A stretch of 64,000 bases of DNA from an uncultured Poribacteria bacterium (lineage in GTDB: Bacteria; Poribacteria; WGA-4E; WGA-3G). The position numbers and the translations under genes are program-made. The stretch spans positions 1,824,001 through 1,888,000 of the forward strand of contig CATQHZ020000001.1 in NCBI GenBank assembly GCA_958296135.2, read 5' to 3'. The notes under the pieces were generated by a model that had not been told where the DNA came from, made no database searches, and was given only the letters and a program-made list of their open reading frames with translations. Below, piece by piece: positions 57,193-64,000 of the stretch (positions are counted from its first letter, which is position 1; every line of letters begins with the position of its first letter).

Positions 57193-58236
57193 ATGGCTAC
57201 CAGTGAATACCGCGTCTGTATCGTCGGCTGCGGCCGGATGGGCGGCACGATTGACGAAGAAGTCCGCGCCACGCCGCACGGTGCTCTGCCTTACTCGCAC
57301 GCCGCAGGCTACACCGCGTGCGAACGGACAACTATCGTCGCCGCTGCAGATGTCGTCCCAGAAAAAGCGAAATATGTCTGTGACAAGTGGGACATACCGA
57401 AGTTATACCTTGACTATCGCGAGATGATAACGCGAGAGAAACCGGATATCGTCAGCATCGCCACGCGCCCGGGGAACCACGCCGAGATTACGCACTTCGC
57501 CGCCAAACACGGCGTGAAAGGCATCTATTGCGACAAACCGCTCTGTGCTTCGATGGAGGAAGCAGATGTGATGGTAGAGATGTGCGAGAGATACAACATC
57601 AAGTTTAACCTCGGTACACAACGTCGTTTCACACCGGGCTACCTCAAAATGCGCGAGCTCCTTGAGAGTGGGCAGCTCGGTGAACGGCGCGCGATTATTG
57701 CCTACACCGGCGGTGCCGCGCTCTGGGGTTATACGCACGCCGCCGATATGCTCCTCTTCCTAGCAAGCGATTCGCCAATTGACTATGTGCAGGGCAACGT
57801 CGCTGTTGACGATGCAGATTTTGACGACAACCGCACCGAGGCAGACCCGGGCATTGTGATGGGATTTATCCAATTTCAGAACGGTATCCGCGGCATCAGC
57901 ATTCCCGGAACTGCTTATGAATTTGAGGTGAATTGCAGCGAAGGCACAGTGCGTTCACTCAACAACGGACTCGGATTCCAACTCCGTAAACGGCAGGGAC
58001 GATTCAGTGAAATTTTGGAGGCGCAATTCCCGCCTTTTGAACGGAAAAGCGGCACCGTCGGGTGCATCGAGGACATCGTTGAAGCAATCGAAACGGATAC
58101 CGAGACACAGGGCAACATCCATCTCGCGCGGCGCAGCACCGAGATGGTGTTCGCCATCGTTGACTCGCAGCGCCAAAACGGCGCGCGGGTGCAAATGCCC
58201 GTGGAAAATAGGGAACTCTACTTGGGAAGGTGGTGA
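57193..58236 (+). CDS. Gfo/Idh/MocA-family oxidoreductase
   Basis: VCIVGCGRMG, PDIVSIAT, IYCDKPL. Confidence 0.88.
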   Translation: MATSEYRVCIVGCGRMGGTIDEEVRATPHGALPYSHAAGYTACERTTIVAAADVVPEKAKYVCDKWDIPKLYLDYREMITREKPDIVSIATRPGNHAEITHFAAKHGVKGIYCDKPLCASMEEADVMVEMCERYNIKFNLGTQRRFTPGYLKMRELLESGQLGERRAIIAYTGGAALWGYTHAADMLLFLASDSPIDYVQGNVAVDDADFDDNRTEADPGIVMGFIQFQNGIRGISIPGTAYEFEVNCSEGTVRSLNNGLGFQLRKRQGRFSEILEAQFPPFERKSGTVGCIEDIVEAIETDTETQGNIHLARRSTEMVFAIVDSQRQNGARVQMPVENRELYLGRW

Positions 58237-58979
58237 AACTGATGCTCAGGAAACATCTTTTCACAGGCATCGCTAGCGTAGTTATCCTATGGAGTTACGC
58301 CGCAAGCGCGCCTTCTGAACGTCCCGCGAGCACACAGTATGAACATCGTGCCCCAAGCCGAGATGGCATTGGGAAATTCTATATGGGACGCGAAATCTCG
58401 CAGGTGATGGGGCACCTCGGCGCAGAATGGCTGGAACGCTCGGAGCGTGAACGCGAAGAGATGCCGAGCCGCCTCATTGAATTGCTCGCGCTCAAACCGG
58501 GCGATGTCGTCGCCGATATCGGTGTCGGCACCGGTTACATCGCCCGGCGCATCGCACCGAAAATTGGAGATGAAGGCATCGTCTATGGCGTTGACATTCA
58601 GCAGGAGATGTTGGACTTGCTCGCCGAACAGATGGCGGCAGCCGGCATTACGAACGTCAAAGGCGTGCTAGGCACTATCACGGATGCGAAGTTGCCGGAG
58701 AATTCAGTAGATCTGGCGATTATGGTAGATGTCTATCATGAGTTTTCGCATCCGTATGAGATGATGCAGAACATCTGTCGTGCCCTTAAAACGGGCGGCC
58801 GCGTCGTTTTCGTGGAATACCGCGCCGAGGACGAAACCGTGCCAATCAAACGTCTGCACAAGATGAGCGAGTTGCAGGTAATCAAGGAGGCAACGCCGCA
58901 TCCACTGGTGTGGGTGGAGACACACGATGAGTTGCCGTGGCAGCACGTCATCGTTTTTGAGAAAATTGAGGGGCAGTAG
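58230..58979 (+). CDS. Class I SAM-dependent methyltransferase with N-terminal signal/anchor
   Basis: GIGKFYMGREISQVMGHLGAEWLER, VADIGVGTGY, VDVYHEFSHP. Confidence 0.88.
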   Translation: MVKLMLRKHLFTGIASVVILWSYAASAPSERPASTQYEHRAPSRDGIGKFYMGREISQVMGHLGAEWLERSEREREEMPSRLIELLALKPGDVVADIGVGTGYIARRIAPKIGDEGIVYGVDIQQEMLDLLAEQMAAAGITNVKGVLGTITDAKLPENSVDLAIMVDVYHEFSHPYEMMQNICRALKTGGRVVFVEYRAEDETVPIKRLHKMSELQVIKEATPHPLVWVETHDELPWQHVIVFEKIEGQ

Positions 58980-58980
58980 T

Positions 58981-59448
58981 ATGCAAACGAACATCTACGC
59001 TTTACGTCCCGCAACCGAGGACGACTGCAATTTTCTCTATCAATTACATCGTGTCGCCATCAGAGAAACCGTCGAAGCAACATGGGGATGGGATGAGGCA
59101 TTTCAGCGGGAACATTTTCAGAACCGTTGGACTCCTGCCAATCGCCAAATTGTGGTTGTTGACAACACGGATGTTGGCGTGCTCGTCCTGAAAGAATCCG
59201 ACTCGGAGGTTTTCCTATCGCTTATCGAAATTCTCCCGGATTACCAAGGGTGGGGAATCGGGACAACTCTGCTTACCAATGTTATCGCATCGGCGCGACA
59301 ACGCGAACTACCGGTTACGCTGCACGTCCTCAAAGCCAATTTAAAGGCACAGCGTCTGTATGAACGCCTCGGGTTTGAAATTGCCCAAGAACGGGACGAA
59401 CGTTATGTCATGACAAAAACGTTTGACAAAAAATCGACATTTGCGTAA
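58981..59448 (+). CDS. GNAT-family acetyltransferase
   Basis: LRPATEDD, ILPDYQGWGIGT, LHVLKANLKAQRLYERLGF. Confidence 0.9.
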   Translation: MQTNIYALRPATEDDCNFLYQLHRVAIRETVEATWGWDEAFQREHFQNRWTPANRQIVVVDNTDVGVLVLKESDSEVFLSLIEILPDYQGWGIGTTLLTNVIASARQRELPVTLHVLKANLKAQRLYERLGFEIAQERDERYVMTKTFDKKSTFA

Positions 59449-59451
59449 AAT
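59423..59451 (+). promoter_or_regulatory. sigma70-type promoter for the DUF1553/DUF1501 genes
   Basis: TTGACA-17-TAAAAT. Confidence 0.65.
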
Positions 59452-59516
59452 GCAGCATTACGCGTAAACGTTTTTGCCTCCCGATAGGCACAAAGAAAAA
59501 ATAGGAGATAGTTACC

Positions 59517-62500
59517 GTGAACATTGCTAAAAACACCGTTCCACTATTGCTCGCGCTCGTATACTGCCTCACTATCTTGCCGATAGTCTCCGCGGAGCCA
59601 GGTAGACAGCCCGTGCAAACAGAACTGAATTACAACCTTGACATTCGTCCGATCCTCGCTGATAACTGCTACGCTTGTCACGGGCCAGACGAAAAGGCCC
59701 GACAAGCCGAACTGCGGCTGGATACGAAAGCGGGCGCGTTCTCGGAACCGAGTGGGTACCCGATAATCGTTCCCGGGGAACCGGATGAGAGCGAGCTCTA
59801 CCGTCGTATCCTCTCCGAGGATGACAATTATCGCATGCCGCCAGCAGATTTCAACAAAATGCTCACGCCCGAGCAGGTAGCGGCACTCACACAATGGATA
59901 CGTGAAGGCGCGACGTGGGAGGAACACTGGGCATTCACTACACCGACGCGTCCAACCCCACCGACTGTCAAAAACGCAGACTGGGTGCGTAATCCGATTG
60001 ATGCGTTTATCCTCTCGCGGCTGGAAGCAAAGGGGTTAACGCCTGCGCAAGAAGCAGATAAACGGACGCTCATCCGGCGGCTCAGCTTCGATCTCACCGG
60101 CTTACCACCGACGCGCGAAGAGGTGCATCAATTTCTCGCAGACGATTCCCCCGATGCTTATGAAAAACTCATCGCGGCCTTCATGGCGAAGCCTGAATAC
60201 GGCGAACATATCGCCCGTTTCTGGCTAGATGCCGCTCGCTACGGCGATACGCACGGACTGCATTTGGACAACTATCGGGAAATGTGGCCCTACCGAGACT
60301 GGGTAATCAATGCCTTCAACGCTAATATGCCGTTCGACCAGTTTACCACTGAACAGCTGGCAGGGGATCTGCTGCCTGAACCGACGCTTGAACAGCGCAT
60401 CGCGACCGGCTTTAACCGATGTCACGTCACGACTAGCGAAGGTGGCTCCATTGACGATGAATACTACGTCCGATACGCCGTTGACCGGGCGAATACTACC
60501 GCCACCGTGTGGATGGGATTAACCGTCGGATGCGCGCAATGCCATGACCACAAATACGACCCGATTACACAAAAGGAGTTTTATCAGTTCTACGCCTATT
60601 TCAACAACATCACCGAGAAAGCGATGGATGGCAACCGCAAGGATTCGCCGCCTGTCGTGAAATTGCCAACACCGGAGCAAGCAGAACAACTCGCTGCGTT
60701 TGATGCGCAAATCGATGAACTGGATGCACAGACGAAGGCACCTATCTCGGAAGTCGATGCAACGCAAATCGCCTGGGAAAACAGAATGCCGCACTGGACG
60801 CTCCTGAAACCCATCGAAATGCACTCAAAAGGCGGCGCGACTTTGGAGATGCTGGAGGATAATTCCATCCTCGCCAGCGGCACCAATCCGGAGCAGGAAG
60901 TCTACGAAATCGTCGCGGAGCTGCCACCCGGCAAATGGAGTGCCGTTCGGTTGGAAGGCATCACGCACGAATCCTTGCCGAAAGGCGGCGTTGGCAGAAG
61001 CGACAATAGCAATGTCGTTCTCACCGATTTCTCCCTGGAACTCACCACGGCTGACGAAGAATCGTGGGCACCCATTCCAATAGTGCAGGCCTGGGCAGAC
61101 CTCGAGCAAGCCGGCGGGGACTTCGTCGTCGCTAACGCGATTGACGACAAGCCAGAGACCGGATGGGCACTTGACAGACGACGCGAAAATCGGCAGGCAA
61201 TCTTCCTCGTCGCGGCACCCTTTGAAAGGAAGGGCGGCAAGTTAAAGATTCGCCTCAAACATGAATATGACCTGAGGCATAAGCAGCTCGGTAGGTTCCG
61301 GCTTGCTATCACCGACGCGCCGACGATTTACCCGGTCGGCTCCAAAATCACGTTGGGGAATTGGCACTCCGTCGGGCCCTTCACCGCTGAGCACGGCAAC
61401 CTCGCCTTCTACCAAGTTTACGAACCGGAGACGAAACCTGTCAAAACAGGCGATAAATTCACCTTCGGCGACAAAACCTTGAAGTGGGAACAGCAGATGC
61501 ACTGGGTTGACGCGCAGGTGCATAACGACATCGGCGGTGAAAATAGTGCCACCTACCTCCACCGAAACATCGCCTCTGTTACGCAGCAGAAAGCGATCCT
61601 GCACATTGGTAGCAACGACGCACTGAAGATTTGGATGAACGACACGGAGATCTTCGCCAAAAACGTTATGCGTGATGCAGCGGCAGACCAGGAGCAGCTT
61701 CAAGTGCAACTCAAACCGGGTAACAACGCCTTGCTCCTCAAGGTTGTCAACTATTCCGGTCCCTCTGGTTTCTACTTCCGCATTGAAACCGATGCACCGA
61801 TGGTCCCAGCGAACTTTGTGGACATCGCGGGAATTGCCCGCGGCGAACGTGAGGCGGAACAGCAGGCACAGATTCGGGACTATTACCGGAAGAACGTCAC
61901 GCAGAATTCGGGGTTGAAGGCTCTGTTTGCTGAATTAGCGGATGTGCAAAAGGAGCGGAATACGCTGGATGCTTCGCTGACGACGACGCTTGTGATGCAG
62001 GAACGGACTGAACCGCGCGGTGCTTACGTTTTGGAGCGCGGTGAGTATGAACGCCGAGGCGAACAGGTATATCCGCAAACGCCAGCAGCGCTTCCCGCGA
62101 TAGCGGCTGACGCAGCCCCAAATCGTCTCGCGCTTGCACAGTGGCTGCTTTCACCCGAACACCCGCTCACGGCGCGGGTGACTATCAACAGGTTCTGGCA
62201 GAACGTCTTCGGCACAGGCATCGTGAAAACTGCTGAGGACTTTGGCACGCAAGGCATTCCCCCCGTGCATCCGGAGCTCCTAGACTGGCTCGCCACCGAA
62301 TTTGTCGCATCCGGATGGGATCTCCAAACGATGCTCAAGTTGATGCTCACCTCGTCCACTTATCGGCAGAGCGCGCAAGTAACGGCGAAGAAGCTGGAAT
62401 TGGACGCGGACAACCGCCTCCTTTCGCGGGGACCGAGGTATCGGTTTGATGCAGAAACCTTGCGCGATAACGCTCTTGCTGTCAGTGGTTTGTTGTACGC

Positions 62501-63074
62501 CTATATCGGAGGCCCGAGTGTCAAACCGCCGCAACCGGATGGACTCTGGGCGGCTGTCGGGTTTACCGGCTCTAATACTGACAAGTTTGTCCAAGATACG
62601 GGCCGTGATAAAGTGCATCGCCGGAGTCTCTATACGTTCTGGAAGCGCACTGCACCACCGCCACAGATGAACATCTTGGACGCGCCTTCACGCGAATCCT
62701 GCACAGTCAGACGCGAACGCACTAATACACCGATGCAGGCGTTGATGCTCATGAATGACCCGCAGTATTTTGAGGCGGCGCGTACCTTTGCAGAACGCAT
62801 CCTCAAGGAAGGCGGAACGACAACCCAGGAACGCCTCGCCTACGCCTTTGAGATGGCCACGGCGCGGCTGCCAAAGTCAGATGAAGAGGCACTGCTTCTC
62901 ACGACGTTAGAAGCGCAAATGGAAGAACTTGAGGCAGACCCGGCGGCCGCCGAGGCACTCATACATGTCGGCGCATCGGAACCTGATGAAACCTTAGACG
63001 CAATTGAAGTCGCTGCATGGACGATGATTGCGAACCTGATTCTCAACCTTGACGAAGTGGTGAACAAGGGGTAA
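59517..63074 (+). CDS. Planctomycete-type cytochrome c protein (PSCyt1 + DUF1549 + DUF1553) with inserted carbohydrate-binding-like domains
   Basis: Signal peptide; CYACHG, HWAF, NPIDAFI, RRLSFDLTGLPP, CAQCHDHKYDP, HPLTARVTINRFW, HPELLDWLA, RRSLYTF, TNTPMQAL. Confidence 0.92.
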   Translation: MNIAKNTVPLLLALVYCLTILPIVSAEPGRQPVQTELNYNLDIRPILADNCYACHGPDEKARQAELRLDTKAGAFSEPSGYPIIVPGEPDESELYRRILSEDDNYRMPPADFNKMLTPEQVAALTQWIREGATWEEHWAFTTPTRPTPPTVKNADWVRNPIDAFILSRLEAKGLTPAQEADKRTLIRRLSFDLTGLPPTREEVHQFLADDSPDAYEKLIAAFMAKPEYGEHIARFWLDAARYGDTHGLHLDNYREMWPYRDWVINAFNANMPFDQFTTEQLAGDLLPEPTLEQRIATGFNRCHVTTSEGGSIDDEYYVRYAVDRANTTATVWMGLTVGCAQCHDHKYDPITQKEFYQFYAYFNNITEKAMDGNRKDSPPVVKLPTPEQAEQLAAFDAQIDELDAQTKAPISEVDATQIAWENRMPHWTLLKPIEMHSKGGATLEMLEDNSILASGTNPEQEVYEIVAELPPGKWSAVRLEGITHESLPKGGVGRSDNSNVVLTDFSLELTTADEESWAPIPIVQAWADLEQAGGDFVVANAIDDKPETGWALDRRRENRQAIFLVAAPFERKGGKLKIRLKHEYDLRHKQLGRFRLAITDAPTIYPVGSKITLGNWHSVGPFTAEHGNLAFYQVYEPETKPVKTGDKFTFGDKTLKWEQQMHWVDAQVHNDIGGENSATYLHRNIASVTQQKAILHIGSNDALKIWMNDTEIFAKNVMRDAAADQEQLQVQLKPGNNALLLKVVNYSGPSGFYFRIETDAPMVPANFVDIAGIARGEREAEQQAQIRDYYRKNVTQNSGLKALFAELADVQKERNTLDASLTTTLVMQERTEPRGAYVLERGEYERRGEQVYPQTPAALPAIAADAAPNRLALAQWLLSPEHPLTARVTINRFWQNVFGTGIVKTAEDFGTQGIPPVHPELLDWLATEFVASGWDLQTMLKLMLTSSTYRQSAQVTAKKLELDADNRLLSRGPRYRFDAETLRDNALAVSGLLYAYIGGPSVKPPQPDGLWAAVGFTGSNTDKFVQDTGRDKVHRRSLYTFWKRTAPPPQMNILDAPSRESCTVRRERTNTPMQALMLMNDPQYFEAARTFAERILKEGGTTTQERLAYAFEMATARLPKSDEEALLLTTLEAQMEELEADPAAAEALIHVGASEPDETLDAIEVAAWTMIANLILNLDEVVNKG

Positions 63075-63143
63075 TGCCCATAAACGCCTCGTAGTTCGTA
63101 GCGCGAGGGCCTGTCCCTCGCATGCTACCAATTGGAGAAACCC

Positions 63144-64000
63144 ATGGATCCAATTAAAGAATATCTAACACTTGAGACGCGCCGCCAATTTTTTGGCAAA
63201 TGCGCTACAGGGCTCGGGGGCGCGGCACTCGCCTCCCTGCTGCCGAATGCTGTCGTTAACGCCCTTGAAAGCCAAACGGCCGCGCCGCGATTTGGTGGAT
63301 TGCCCGAGCTGCCGCACTTTGCACCGAAGGCGAAGCGAGCGATTTACCTCTTCATGTCCGGCGCGCCGTCACAACTCGATCTGTTTGACTATAAACCCCA
63401 GATGGGCGAGTGGTTTGACACCGATCTCCCGGAGTCTGTCCGCATGGGGCAACGCCTCACGACGATGACATCGGGACAGGATAAGTTCCCCATCGCGCCT
63501 TCCATCTTTGAATTCAAGAAGTATGATAACGGCGGCGATGGGGTCTGGCTCAGCGAGTTGCTGCCGCATACAGCCTCCATGGTCAAAGATTTGGCCATTA
63601 TCAAGACGGTGCATACCGAGGCGATTAATCACGACCCGGCTATCACCTACATTTGTACCGGTGATGAGAGCCCCGGCAAGCCGAGCCTCGGTGCATGGCT
63701 TAGCTACGGGTTGGGCAGTGAAAACCGGAACCTGCCCGCTTTCATTGTGATGAACGCGACGTGGTCAGGGCCAAAGGGCGCGCAGGCACTCTACAACCGC
63801 CTCTGGGGCGCAGGATTCCTACCCTCTGAACATCAAGGGGTGCTACTCCGCAGCCAGGGAGACCCGGTCCTCTTCCTCTCAAACCCCAACGGAGTGAGTG
63901 CCAAAGCGCGTAAGCAGATGCTTGACACACTCGTCGCTTTGAATCAGAAACTGTATGAAGAGGTTGGCGATCCGGAAACCCATGCCCGTATCTCGCAATA
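63144..64000 (+). CDS. DUF1501-family (sulfatase-like) protein, partial
   Basis: Not in the ORF track (runs off the right edge). Manual translation: [17 protein letters not shown]...[68 protein letters not shown]1501 genes typically neighbour DUF1553 genes. Confidence 0.9.
   Translation, partial: MDPIKEYLTLETRRQFFGKCATGLGGAALASLLPNAVVNALESQTAAPRFGGLPELPHFAPKAKRAIYLFMSGAPSQLDLFDYKPQMGEWFDTDLPESVRMGQRLTTMTSGQDKFPIAPSIFEFKKYDNGGDGVWLSELLPHTASMVKDLAIIKTVHTEAINHDPAITYICTGDESPGKPSLGAWLSYGLGSENRNLPAFIVMNATWSGPKGAQALYNRLWGAGFLPSEHQGVLLRSQGDPVLFLSNPNGVSAKARKQMLDTLVALNQKLYEEVGDPETHARISQ

Overview
This is a 64-kb, gene-dense bacterial chromosomal segment with moderately high GC. It contains no rRNA, tRNA, CRISPR array, transposase, integrase or reverse transcriptase that I can recognise. 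The gene content suggests Candidatus Poribacteria or a similar sponge/marine PVC-FCB-associated lineage (inference): a LamG protein ending in AVDP..KLTTTWGQIK, three PhyH dioxygenases, Uma2 proteins, a DUF1549/DUF1553 + DUF1501 pair, a DUF6785-like membrane protein and PorV/FlgD-type proteins. Housekeeping or recognisable genes include moaC, trxB, thrB, pcm, queF, bioF, a MoxR ATPase, HtrA and SppA. Four things stand out. (1) Several families of short GTAG/GTAA-tailed palindromes (REP-like) and a longer hairpin-containing element fill the intergenic spaces. Copies also sit in frame inside about ten unrelated, intact CDSs, where several appear to form extra loops; this resembles Rickettsia palindromic elements. 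(2) A type III restriction-modification locus has two hicAB pairs interleaved with a duplicated hairpin + mod 5' end, and a 10-bp inverted repeat lies at the borders of the inner hicA-hicB block. (3) Both DNA methyltransferase genes and the duplicated mod fragment are interrupted at a G9 tract needing the same -1 shift. (4) A full-length P-type ATPase has lost its catalytic motifs. All calls come from reading motifs by eye; no database searches were run.
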